This document shows, in pieces, positions 29,880 to 43,527 of a DNA stretch of 64,000 nt (within the stretch, counting starts at the first letter, position 1; each line of letters starts with the position of its first letter). The translations under genes and the position numbers were made by a program. The notes under the pieces were generated by a model, which saw only the letters and a program-made list of their open reading frames with translations, had not been told where the DNA came from and searched no databases. The DNA is from the human T2T-CHM13v2.0 reference genome, Homo sapiens. The stretch lies in assembly GCF_009914755.1 (NCBI RefSeq), contig NC_060929.1; one strand, 5' to 3'.

Positions 29880-30830
29880 TTATTCTTCAATAAAAGGAAC
29901 CAGGATTCCTTAGAGAAATGACTCATTCTAGGACCAAGGCAGAGAATATGCAAGATGATTCGCTTGGAGCATCTATGGTACAAGAAGGAAGGCTGTGCCC
30001 CAAAATAAAAGAATGGGAACACGGCAAAGGGACACAGAAGCCAGGCAGAAGGAGCTTCCGAATGGCCAAAGCAAAAACAATTTGGGCAACAAAATAAGTA
30101 CAGTATTGAATTATATCCCAAAATAGCAAATAAATATCCATGAGTCCCTAGGGATAGAAATTTAAAAATGGCAGAGAAGGGACAAATGTCCTGCACAGAA
30201 CTCTAAATAATTCATTAGCTGCTCCCCTCTAAGGTGGGTGGAGCAGACCTTCCTGCTCCTTCTGAGGAACTTCCTTCTGAAGAGCACAGTGGGGAGAAAG
30301 GAAACCCGTCCTGACAGCAGAGGAACACGGCAGACATGACCCCAGCCATGCAATCAAGGTCAACATCCACGCACATACCCTCGATAAGATGTGATGACAG
30401 TGGCACTTTGTCTCTGTGGTCTTCCTCCCCAAAATCCCTAAGCCCAGTCTTAATCATAAGACAAACCCCAGACAAACGCACATTGAGGGACCTTCTACCA
30501 AATACCCGACCAGAACTCCTCAAAACCGTTGAGGCCTTAAAAACAAGGAAAGTCTAAAACTCTCAGAGACCAGAGGAGGCTACGGAAGCATGATGACTAG
30601 ACATAATGTGGTGTCTTGGATGAGATCCTGGAACAGAAAGAGCTCACGAGAAAACAAACCAGTGAAATCCTAATGCACCATGGAGTTTAGTTCACAGTCA
30701 CACACCAGGGCTGGCTCCTCGGTTGTAACATGCGCGCTGCAGTAAAGTAATGTGAGTGAGGGTGAGGAGTCTATGGGAACTCTGCACCATCTCCACAATG
30801 TTTCTGTAAATCAGAAGTTATTCTTTTTTT
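29880..30830 (+). mobile_element. L1MC/L1MD-type 3' end fragment
   Basis: 'aataaaaggaaccaggattccttagagaaatg', 'aaatatccatgagtcc', 'aatgtggtgtcttggatgagatcctggaacagaaa', 'gggaactctgcaccatct'. Confidence 0.7.
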
Positions 30831-30831
30831 A

Positions 30832-31350
<519 letters not shown>

Positions 31351-31511
31351 TTAACCTCTTTAGAAACTAACCACCACTGGGCTGCAGCTTTTTTATTCAC
31401 AAACTTAAAATACAGTTTCCAGTCAGCATGTGAGCCAGTCAGTTTCCAGGGATGATTTGGTTGAGCCTAACGTTGATGATGACTCAGATCAATGAGTAAT
31501 TTAACATTTTT

Positions 31512-31830
<319 letters not shown>

Positions 31831-33127
31831 CCCAAAACATTTTCAAGCAGGCCTTAACTGTGTGTCGTCATTCTGTGTTGGGGCAGTACTTGACTTTTAT
31901 TTCTAAATCTGTGTATCAATGGGCTAAGTCATGAAAAACTTTGACCACATATTAAGGTCCCCCAATAGGATCAGAAGGATCAGTGCAGTGATGAAGGAAA
32001 TCGCCAGCTTTACAGACAGAAGACCCCTGGGTCTTACTATGCTACAGTCCGAAACAGAGCTTGGTTTTCTGAGCTAAGAACCACGGAAGGGGGATTTGAA
32101 CCAAGACCTGCTTCCTCACTTGCAGAGTGGGCCATGCATGGTCCCCGAGCTCCCCTGGGGACAATCTGAGTCTCTTTTCAAAGCATTTGGAACCGGGATA
32201 TGAAGCAGCCAGTTGTCTTCATCAGCACGTGAACTCAGAAACATGCCAACCAGGCCACGGTGGGACGGCCGTTTCTGTGTGTGTCCTCGGAGAACACCAC
32301 CCTATGAGGGCACTGCCAAGTGCTCGGGTCTTATTTAATTTCCATAAGCTCTTAACCACATTTTGAGGAACTCACAAAGGCTTCCCCATTGCCCTGAATA
32401 ACCAGAATTAGCAGTACATGAGACTCTTATCCCTGCAGTTAGAAAAAGTCAAACATATGCAGCTGTTTTGAATAAAAATCGCTGGCCCTGGACATCATTT
32501 TTATTTGGCGCTTTTGCTTGAAAAAAAGGTTCAATATACCTTTTTAATTGGGTTGAAGTCCCCACCGGGCAAGCCAGTGGTTAGCCCTCGGCAACACAAA
32601 GTGTGAAGAGGAGGTTAGGGCTTGGCACTGGCGCCTGACTGCCGGGCTGGCACTCCAACCCAGCTGTGTCTCTGTCTGTTGTCTCTAGGTGAGTTCCCTG
32701 AGCACTCCAGCCTCAGCTCTCTTCTTTCAAACGGGGATGGTGTCTCCCTCACAGGGATGCTGTGTGGACTGGGCTGCCCAGAGTGCTGGTCTGCCAACTG
32801 TGGACTGGTCCACACTGAGATAAGCAGTTGACTCCATAAAGTAAATCGATGCCTGCCTTCCTTCCTTAAGAAAGTCTTGCCATCCAAACAACGCCAGCTG
32901 AACTGGACATCATACCTGGTGACCAAGTTGATTCACATTCCGGTGCTAGCTTCTTATCCCATCACGGATGGCCAGACCTCTGGCACTCATCTGCAAACCC
33001 CGAGCCTGCGAGCACTGCAGTTTGCATAAACCGCTTTTCCAGCACCGGCACACCAAATGTGATCCACGGATGTCACCTGTGAGTATTCCAGAAGGTTTCC
33101 TGGGACCGTATTCTAACAAAACGCTAG

Positions 33128-33516
<389 letters not shown>

Positions 33517-35003
33517 TGAGAAGTCTTGTCTTGGGGGAGGGGCAGCTTTCAGAAAGTGGCTGTCAGCTTGGTTTTCACAGCCAGCGTCTTGGGAAACCAT
33601 GTCCCACATCACCTCATGAGGAAGGCACACTGATTTGATATACTTAGGGGTGGAGGGGCCAGCACAGGGCAGGACACTATTAGATAACACTATGCTGTCT
33701 TGCTCGACTTTCCAGAGAGAGCTGACGCAGCCATAAGGAATGCTGTTTGGCCTTTTGTTTCTTAGTGCCAGACTGCACCAGCTGCATGCACGTAAGGAAG
33801 GAGGACAGTTCACGAAGGGTTTCACAGGTCATGGTCACGACTCTGGCTTTCACTCGGAGGGATGTGAGAGCCATGGCAGGTTGTGGGTGGAGGAGAGGCA
33901 GGGCAAGCAGGGGAAGGGCTGAATCAAGGATCCTCGTCACGGCTACTGTGACCATCCAGGTGAGAGCTGGCAAGGGTTTGGACTGGTGGGGAAGGGAGAA
34001 GAACCAATGTACAATATGAAAGACAGGAGCTGGGCAAGAGTGACGGGAGGGAGGCTGGAGGCGTGGCTGACCTGTCCTCACGGTGGTTTCCTGCTCACTT
34101 GTGAGCTGTCCCATGAGCTGGATGGGGCCTCTCTAGGAGTGTTCCTAATGTTTGCATGACTCAGTACACCCCAAATGGAATGACATGGAATTCCATCAGG
34201 ACACACTCTCAGATTCCCAATTTAGAAGGAAAAACAATGCCATTTCACCAGGGTGAATTGCCGAAAGCAGGCAATATGTGAAAGTAGCAAATGACTCCCA
34301 TTTCTGGGGAACGGTGCTTAAGGTGTGCATAGCTGTAGCAACTGCCAGAAGGAATGGGCTCTTGGGATTGACTGACCTGTCCTCAGAAGGGTGCAAAGCC
34401 ACGTGTTCCCGATACAGCACGTGAGGGGATGATGGGAGAGAGGGATGCTTCCACATCCGCGTCTTGCTCAGTGGGAGAAAGTAGGGAACCTCACAGGAGG
34501 GATGATGATGATGACCATCACAGGCAGTGGGGACACGGGAAGGAGTTTTTACTTAAGGTCAGGCTAGAAAAATTCTAGTTGGCTAACATAGGGGTAGCAA
34601 ACAATAGATGAAAAATGACATCTATTACTGAGAGAAACAGAGCTTGGTTTTCTAAGCTAAGGAGCTTGGAAAAGCATATTACAAAGTGTTTATGTAGAAT
34701 TTGATACCTTCCATCTGGCTTGTTGATAATCATAATAATTATTATAAATCTTGAATATTTTCATAAAGGAGTTGAAGCAATCATCAACTGTTACAGCATA
34801 TTCACGGTAAAAAATCAACACTTTCAGATATAGTTTTATAACCAGCTTTTTGAAGAATATGAAAACTAAATCATCCCTTCTATCATCTAGGTTTAATGAA
34901 ATTGCCAAATGCACACACTACATGAAAGCAAAGTGTCTTTCAGATCCCAACGACTTACTAATCTAGTAATGCCGCGTTGGTGGAAAGACATGACATACCT
35001 CAA

Positions 35004-35018
35004 ACAGCAGGGGGCGCC
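35004..35018 (+). promoter_or_regulatory. Candidate CTCF site
   Basis: ACAGCAGGGGGCGCC versus core consensus CCAGCAGGGGGCGC (one mismatch); CpGs retained locally. Confidence 0.55.
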
Positions 35019-35184
35019 ATGCGCCAAGCCCGCAGAGGGTTGTCCAACTCCTATTCCTTTTCTCTGCAGCTTTAATCCTTTCCTGGTTTTTCTCACAGGA
35101 TCTGAGGACTATTGATAAAGTTCCACACTCCAGCTTCTGTTTAGCCTTTCCTTCTCCTTGACTATTAATAGTCAACTTGGAACT

Positions 35185-35370
35185 TGTTTGGGACTGGGGG
35201 AAGGGGACATGAGGAGTGACTGTTTAGTGGGTATAGGGTTTCAGTTTTGCAATCCCGTTATGGGCAGATGGTGATGACAAGCAGCAATGTGAATGGACTT
35301 CACTGTCCCTTTAAAAATGGTGAGGTTGGTACACTGTATGTGTATTTTTCTACAATTAAAAAAATCTTAA
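35185..35370 (+). mobile_element. L1MB-type 3' terminal fragment
   Basis: 'gaggagtgactgtttagtgggtatagggtttcagttttgcaa..ttaaaaatggtgagg..tacaattaaaaaaa'. Confidence 0.7.
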
Positions 35371-36538
35371 AAACATTTGGAACCTGCTTATAACAGCACA
35401 CTCTGTTCATTTGCTCGTTGTTTAAATGACACATGTGCATCTGCCCTGGTGTCTTATTATGAGGGCTTAGGTAGAGTTTTAGGGACTAGCCTTTATTGTC
35501 TTCATCTTACCTAAATTCCCCCAAAACAAACCAATCAACCACTCAAATCTGCTATACGTGCTGGATTTGAGCAAATGCTGGATTCCTGAAGCTTCCAGAG
35601 AGAAGTGCGGAGGGAAGGCAGAGGGAAGGAAGTCACTCACTATGCGCCAACAGCGCTCCATATGTGATTGCATTTCATCTTCATACACTCCCCAGATAGA
35701 TGCCTTATTAGCTGAGGAGGACACAGGGCCTACAGGGACTGTGTGACTTGCCCCAGGTCACCGGCTGGTAAAGAGGCAGGGGCCAGAGTTCAATCCAGGC
35801 CTTGGGGCCGCAGAAGCCCTGCTTTCTCCCTGTTTCCAAGATGCCCTAAGCTGCTAAACTGTTCAGGCCCAAGGGTACTGTGAGGGGCACCAAATGAGAA
35901 AGTGTTGAATTCCATTAATTCACCTTTGGTTCTTTTCTCATCCCCCATACACAAGAGAGGCATTTTCTTCCAGTGGAGCCGGGAACAATGGGGTGGCAGT
36001 CTCCACCTCACGGCGTGGGGGTGGGGTGGCCCAGCATTAACAAAGCCTCAAACAGGCCGTCTTTGTTCCAGACAAAGGGTCAGCATGGTGCCACCGCTGG
36101 AATATGGCCTTTAGCATCCGCCCAAGAGGGCTGAGTGACAGCTATGGCTTGGGGGAAGGTTGCCACAGGAAGGTGAGACAGGGTCATTCTCATGAACGGA
36201 ATTTCTAACATGGAACGCAGGGCCAGCCGGGCAAAGTCCTGTCGGATGGCAAGTTTTACTACAAGCTCAGATTCTGCTACCTTCTAGCACATGACAGAAG
36301 GACTCAGAACTGACACGCCTTACTGAGACGCAGCTGCAAATAATGGTGTGCAACCAAGACGGTGGAGTCCTTGGGGTGCCGGCCCAAGCAGCGGCAAGAC
36401 AGGAGCAGCACAAGCTCACCAGGGCGCGGAAGGCCCTCTCCACTACACATGGACAGTAGGTAGAAATGGGAGTGGAGGAGCCCATCCTGACCTGCAAGGT
36501 GCGTCCAAAACTGGCCCTGAAATGATGGGAAAAAAGCC

Positions 36539-36969
<431 letters not shown>

Positions 36970-37029
36970 AAAAAAAAAAAAAAAGTCTTCTAATTGAGGA
37001 AATTGAGGACGCGAGAGGCAGTGCCAGAC

Positions 37030-37230
37030 AGGACCCCAAACCTCTGACTTCTAGGAGGCGTTTCCTTTCCCTGTACCTCCGCCTCTACCTGCCAGCTGTG
37101 CCTTCCAAGAAGAGGTGGTCAGAGCCTGGGTTCCACTGGGATGAGGGGCACTGTAAATACTGAAACCGTCTGTGACCTGCCACCTTGCAATGGTGGGGTA
37201 GGCTCTGGCGGGGAGAAAAGGGGTGGAGCC
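37030..37230. repeat. Copy 1 of ~200-bp direct duplication
   Basis: Aligns to 38227-38428 with 11 substitutions and 1 indel by hand count. Confidence 0.97.
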
Positions 37231-37548
37231 AGAATTCTGGTTTCTAGCTTTGGGAATGGCACTTCCCAGCAAGTGCACAGACAGGGGTTAGCTCAGTGTG
37301 TCCAAGAGAAAGACCCGGACAGAGTGGATTCTTCAGGCTGCTTCCTTCTCTGATGCCGCTGCTCTTTGTTTTCTTTCCCTCCTGAGTTGCTCTCTCTGCG
37401 GCCTGAAGTTCTGAAGCTTTAGGATCAAGACATTTTAAATACTAAACACCTTTATCCTCAGTTCCGCAGGGTTGCCTGCTCTGGGATGGCACCTACTTCC
37501 CTCCGGCAGGCAGTGAAGCCCAACAGAAGCAGCCCGCTGTGCTGTGAT

Positions 37549-37639
37549 CCATGCTGGGTTCTACAGAAACAGCACGCAAGGTGGGGACCTGACCATGCTG
37601 GGTTCTACAGAAACAGCACACAAGGAGGGGACCTGACCA
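37549..37639. repeat. 44-bp tandem repeat, 2 copies
   Basis: ccatgctgggttctacagaaacagcac(g/a)caagg(t/a)ggggacctga twice. Confidence 0.96.
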
Positions 37640-38226
37640 GGCCGCTAAGCCCCTCTCCTCTCTGGCAGCCTCCAACCTAATCCCTTCTCCCGGACAAAGT
37701 TTCTCCCCAGAAGCTGGAGCAGGGGGGCTCACAGCCTTGCCGGAGGGGATGATCCTGGGCTGCTGACAAAGAGAGTGGCCATGGTTTCTTCACATTCACA
37801 GGAATCAGGGAAAATTATTTTTTTTAAAGAAATTAAGGGAAACAGATTTCAAAACTTATGGAAAAGAGGCGAATATGATCTAATAGCACCAGAGATTCTA
37901 AAAGAGGCTGAAAAACTCTCAGAAGACAAATTCTCTCCCAACAACCAGAAAACAGGCCACGAGGAGGAAAACAGAAGGCATCTGAAGGCCTCATGGTCCC
38001 CAGGTGTGGAAGTGGGTACTGGGGACAGCAAAACGTGCATCCATGCCTTCACCTGAGGGCAGGGGTTTGGAAGCCAGTCTCTTGCAGGTCTCCCTCACCC
38101 AGGTCCTGGGACGCCCCACGCAGAGTCGACCTTTAAGGGCTTGCAGCCTGGAGGATGGGGCCGACGTGTATGTGGATGTGCCCAGCGTACTTGCCAGCAA
38201 GAAGCGAGCGCCAGGAGTGCAGGAGA

Positions 38227-38428
38227 AGGACCCCAAACCTCTGACTTCTAGGAGGCGTTTCCTTTCCCTGTGCCTCCACCTCTATCTTGCCAGCTGCGCC
38301 TTCCAAGAAGAGGTGGCCAGAGCCCGGGTTCCACTGGGATGAGGGGCACTGTAAATACTGAAACTGTCTGTGACCTGCCACTTTGCAATGGTGGGGTAGG
38401 CTCTGGCGGGGGGAAAAGGGGCGGTGCC
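38227..38428. repeat. Copy 2 of ~200-bp direct duplication
   Basis: Aligns to 37030-37230. Confidence 0.97.
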
Positions 38429-40194
38429 TGTCTGTGCCAGGGAGAGGTTGATAAGGAAGCACCTGCCTGCCAAGAAGCCCGACGGGGCCCTCGAGGCCAA
38501 GGCAGCAGCCACCAAGGCAAAGCACAGAGCGAGGGGACACTGCTGCATGGGAAGCTGGAGAGGCGGCCCAACACGGGCGTGAAAGGCCATGTCGTCCTCC
38601 GGGGGCAGCGGCCAGTGGTGAAGGACTATCTGGAAGGCTGTTGGCGGATGGGTGGCTACTGAGAGGGCTCATTTCCTGAGGATCTTTATCATTTCCAAAT
38701 CGGCCATGGCTAGGAGGGAGAGGCGGGCTGAAGGGGCAGCCTGGTGCACACAAGTGTCATGTCTATGGCAGGGTCTATGGTGGTACCAAACAATGTGTCC
38801 ATAAGAACGTAAGAACCCCCATAAGAACAAGGTCGGGAGGTGAAAGCCCAAGTGCTCAGAGTAAAAGTGCTCAGATCAAGAAAAAGAGCTGTAAAAAATG
38901 TGCCACGAGAAAGAAGGGAAAAGGGAAAGAGCTGCCAGGGGCCGGGGGTACCTTCCAAACCCCAGCTCTCTCTCTGCCTTCTCCACCAAGGAGGGTCACC
39001 TCAAAACTAGCCAGGAAGAGCAAACCCAGCCAAGTGGGATCTGAAGACCAACACTGACAAGAGGGAGAAAAGCATTCTGTTGATAACCATAAAACTGTGC
39101 AAGGTTCCCAGCATGAACTCATCTGTGGTGGAAAGAAAGCTTAGAGAATCAGGGAGAGGCTGGGAGCCTCGAGGTTGGAAATCCTAGAAGGGCCCAGTCC
39201 TTGACTGGAGCTTATGGGTCTCATGTTTATCCTGAGAACAGTGCCAAGCGGCTAATTTAAAAAGCAGGTATAGCCTTAGGCTGCACTAGGGAAAGTGATG
39301 GGCTGACGTGTTCTGCTCCACTGCCTAGGCGTTTGATGATTTCAGCAATGCATACGGCCACAGCTGTGTGGGACAGGGCAACGTGGGGAGAGACGAGACA
39401 CACGGGAGGCCCAGGGAGCTGCGCGAGTGTCACGTGAACAGGGGTCATGACGGGTCCCTAGGAAGCATCACGTGTGCCCCACAGGACCCAGGTTTCTGTG
39501 GACACGCGGGTGTTCTTTCTCACCTGAGGACTTCAAAATGTTAACATGCTTCCTGGGCCCAGGTGCAACTTCAAATTGGTCCTTACTGGCATTTTCTACT
39601 ATGTGGTTGTGTCTGTGGTTCTATCAGATGTCTAGTCAGAGGACTCAACCTATTCATTCCCCTCTTTTTGTGTTCACTGCAGCTTGATGGAGAACTGGCA
39701 TCTCTGTGTTAGCAAGAAGATGGGGCTCTGGTAGCACCATCTGTGCCTGGGACTGGGAGGCTGTAAATAGCAGGGGGTGACGGGTCAACTAAAGAGCTTC
39801 CCCGAGGAGAAAAATGGTTCATACAGGGGTCACATCTGTGGCAGGGTTTGTCTACTGAAGGTGTGTGTAAATCTACCGATCAAGAGACTGGCTTTTAAAA
39901 AAACAACACCCCCCACCACCAAAACCCACACAAATTTGAAGACTATAAACTTTATATTTATCTATAAGATATAGATACATATATATAATTCATAAAATTA
40001 TTCCTTGGCATAAAATATACCCCTAGCTACTTATGTATATGTGCAGCCCTCTTTCCCTATGTTAGGGACCACTGAGTGTCCCGGTGGTGGAGCTGGTGGC
40101 TGAGGAGAGCTGTCATTCTTTGCATATAGCACATGCCAGGTATTTCACTAAGCTTTTACCCCTTTTAAAGTCTTAAAAGGTGAGCAATTCTTGT

Positions 40195-40325
40195 TGCCTC
40201 TGTGTGGCATCTGGGGAAACTGAAGATGGCAGTTTTGAGTGACTTTCCTGAAGCCACTTGGCTAGTGAGTGGTGGAGCCTGGATTTGAACCCAAGCCCTG
40301 TGGCTCCAGGGCCCACAGCTATAAG
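40195..40325 (-). mobile_element. MIR remnant
   Basis: 'ggggaaactgaag..gagtgactttcctgaagccacttggctagtgagtggtggagcctggatttgaacccaag'. Confidence 0.7.
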
Positions 40326-41558
40326 CACCAAGCTATGTAGCCAATTCCAGCTTGACCTAAATCCCTCTGCCTCCATCCCTCTTCCCTCATTAAATCAACA
40401 GACACATACAGGGCAGTTAGATGTCATGAGAGCCACAGGCGTGACAGACAGCCCCCCCAGCTGAACCCATCTCCAGTTTCAAAGGAGGGAACTTGTAAGA
40501 GATCAGTGGTGTCAGCTCCAGTTCGTGCACCCTGGCCCTCTGGAAACTTCTTTTTTGGTAACAATCAGTTCATTCTTCAAGCCACATCAGTTAAGAGCCA
40601 TCTCCAGGGAGGACTACAGGCCACTGAAAACTGTCTGGCACCGGATTCATAGTGAGCAGGTTTCGAGGCACTGTTGTTTGCCATATGTGCTGTTTCTTGG
40701 CAGCGCTTTGTGGTTCTTTTAGCCTTGTACTGGGCTCAGAAGATACAAAAAGACCCCAGAAGAATTTCATGGCACCATTAAAACCCATTTACCTTACTGT
40801 GCCCGAGCAAGTGGGACATCCGACCCAGAGCTGGGGACACAGTAGTCAGCCTTTAAGAGAAAATGAAGACCCTTTTGAGCAAAGACCACAGACTAGCTAA
40901 AAGCACTTCACAAGCACTGCCCGTAGGTGCAGGAGACACCCAGGCCTGGGAGAGGGAAGCCAGTGAAGTCTCTCCTGTGCCCAGAGTGTTTTTTGATTGT
41001 TTTCTTTTGTTCCTGTGTCAAATGATATGTTACTTCATTAAACTTACAAAATGGCCATTTAGCATGCAATCAGCTGTTTTAGATCCTCATCGTGCTCATT
41101 TCACACACTGCTTCATGTAATTACCTCTATTTGGTAATTTTTGAGGTATTTTGAGATCATTTACATGGGCTTTGCTGGGCTCCCTGCCTGCTGCACCTAA
41201 GTGAATGGCCGGTCATCGGGAGTTTCAGGCCACGGGGAAAGTGCTCGTGTGCGGAGCCCCGTGTGCCTCACAGCCTCCGAGCTGGTGCTGGGCTCGGAAA
41301 GCCAAGAGGCCAGAGGCGCCACATCTTTGCTTTCTCCACGTTGATGGCGCATGCGTGTCGGGAGTGTCTGGACTAAGCGCCCCGTCAGGCTGATGTCTGG
41401 TTTCTGTACACTGTCTTTAAGCTGAGACTAAGAAAACCAATTTTTAAAAAACCTGTAGGGAATCATAAGGTATTAATCATGGAAGTCGATCAATGAAGCC
41501 CTACTGAGTGACTTCACCATTTGTGTGGGATGGCAGTTCCTGACTGACCTCTCCCTAT

Positions 41559-42002
41559 TGCTAGATATGCGTTCTAAATTTCTCTTCAAAGAATCAGTAT
41601 GTCAATATGTTCAATTCTTTGCCTTCTACTTTTAAACTTAACTTCCTCGTAAAGCAACCTTTTCTGATTACCTGCTCCACCCTGACTCATTCCGATTTCC
41701 TGCTCTGCCGTAATCATTTTTCCCCCCAAACCACTCACCCCCGTCACTCTCTTTAAATTAGCCAATCGGAATTAGTTTAGCCCGTGCAGTCTAACCCTAG
41801 CCAATAGGGAAACAACACAGCAGCAGGGGCCACGTGCGTCAGGGATAAGAACCCCTTCCCCTCCCTTGTCCATGTGTGCGCTCACCATTGCTCCATCTGT
41901 AAGGGCGCATCCTTCTATAGAAGTACATTGCCTTGCTGAGAATTAAAAAGAAAATTTTATATTCGAGTACTATGTCTTTTGTGGCACTGAAACCTTATAA
42001 CA
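41559..42002 (+). mobile_element. Solo LTR10 (LTR10F-like, HERV-IP10 family)
   Basis: TG...CA ends, 4-bp TSD CTAT (41555-41558 and 42003-42006); start tgctagatatgcgttctaaatttctcttcaaagaatc matches my recollection of LTR10; ATTAAA at 41942. Confidence 0.9.
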
Positions 42003-42677
42003 CTATGATAGCTCTGCTTCCACAGCAGTGAAAACCGAAAGAGCCGGGCTGGGCACCTGCCTCTTTGAGGTGGAACTCGGGTCAGGCAGCACTCGGCAGG
42101 TGCAGGGATCCGTGGGGCCCAGGCTTTACTTCCTTAAGGGCTCAGAGGGGCTGGTGAGCAGTGCGTGTCTGCAGGCCCAGGGTATAAACAACGTGTCTTC
42201 CCTGTTGCTTTCAAACTCATTCAGGTGGTGGGCCCCACGTGGGTTCTTGGCAGAACACGGGTGTGTATTGATACGTTCAACTGAAAAATGAGTAATTTTT
42301 ATAATTTTGTGCCAAATCAATTACCCTTTATAAGGTTCAAGTGGTAAATAGAAGAAGAGATCAAGATTTTGAGGCAATCTGGGGGTGAAGAAATACAAAT
42401 GAATAAAATTCTAGCAACTTATTGTTTCCTGAAAATTGGAAAAATATTTCAGTTTTTGAATGTTTGTAGTGGCCCAGGTTAGTCCTGGACTCTGCAAAGA
42501 CCTTGTTGAGGGGCACTGCATTATTCAATGAATAAAAAGCAGAAGAAAAACAAGAAGCAAAGTAACTTAAATCTAGTCCTGGTACTTCTATCAGTAGCTA
42601 CGGTGTCAATATCCCCTGTCCCCAGAGAAACCTTTGGCAAAAATATCATTAAGCATGTAAGTACTGGCACAGGTTAC

Positions 42678-42757
42678 CTGTATCAAAATGGCTCATGTTC
42701 CCCATAAATATGTACACCTACTAGGTACCCACAAAAAATAAAAATTAAACTAAAAAA
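42678..42757 (+). mobile_element. L1MA-type extreme 3' end
   Basis: 'ctgtatcaaaatggctcatgttccccataaatatgtacacctactaggtacccacaaaaaataaaaattaaa'. Confidence 0.8.
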
Positions 42758-42976
42758 TGCAGACACAGGGCCACACTGCATAAAGTACTATATTTCTAAG
42801 CAAATCCCCTACTCACATGGAGAATCTGGAAATAAAATAATAGAGATGTCTCATGAAACTAAAAGGAGACAGAATCTAACAAAAAACAAAAACAAGTGAG
42901 TTGAATAGTTAGAAGTCTGGTTCATCAATCCATGTAGCCTTAAGTGACGAGAAGATTCCTTCCTTTCAGAAATCAT

Positions 42977-43385
42977 AGTTGTTAGCTTGCCAGGCACCCA
43001 AAACAAAATAACACAAACTGGGTGACTCTGAGCAACAGAAAATTACTGCCCCACAGTTCTGGAGACTGAAATCAAGGTGTGAGCAGAGGCACATGCCCTC
43101 TGAAGGTGCTAGGGAAGGGTCTGTTCCAGGCCTTTCCTGGCTTCTGGTAGCTCCTGGGCTGAGGCAGCAAAACTCCAGCCTACATGTGGTGCTTCCCCTG
43201 TGTGCATGTCTGTGCCCAAATTTCTTCCTCTAAAAAGGCACCAGTCATAGGGGATTATGGGCCCACCCTACTCACCTACCAGAACCTCATCTTAACCCTA
43301 TTTCCAAGTAAGGTCACATTCTGAGGTACTGGGGGTTAGGACTTTAACATAAGAAGGTTTGGCGAATCCTATTCAACCCATAACA
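42977..43385 (-). mobile_element. MLT1 (MaLR) LTR, MLT1C-like
   Basis: 'cacaaactgggtgact..caacagaaa..cacagttctggagactg..aaggtcacattctgaggtactgggggttaggact..attcaacccataaca'. Confidence 0.85.
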
Positions 43386-43486
43386 ATAAAATAGAAGGTT
43401 CCGGGTTGAATGCAGTTTCACGGTCTCCCTTTAACCCCCCACTGACTACAAAAAGCAAGGCTCAGAAAGATCCAGAGTAAAAACCT

Positions 43487-43489
<3 letters not shown>

Positions 43490-43522
<33 letters not shown>
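43490..43522. repeat. Poly(T)33 tract not attached to an Alu
   Basis: Uninterrupted T run; reads A33 on the ANKH strand. Confidence 0.95.

Positions 43523-43527
<5 letters not shown>

Noticed and set aside
37030-38428. The two 200-bp copies as LTRs of a small retroelement
   Set aside because: No TG...CA termini, TSD, primer-binding site or poly(A) signal visible.
38133-38753. 206-aa ORF overlapping duplication copy 2
   Set aside because: GC-rich chance ORF; copy 1 differs by a 1-bp indel, which argues against coding constraint.
43490-43522. Poly(T)33 as the tail of a hidden retrocopy
   Set aside because: No TSD or recognisable body next to it. It is mainly a risk for oligo-dT mispriming.
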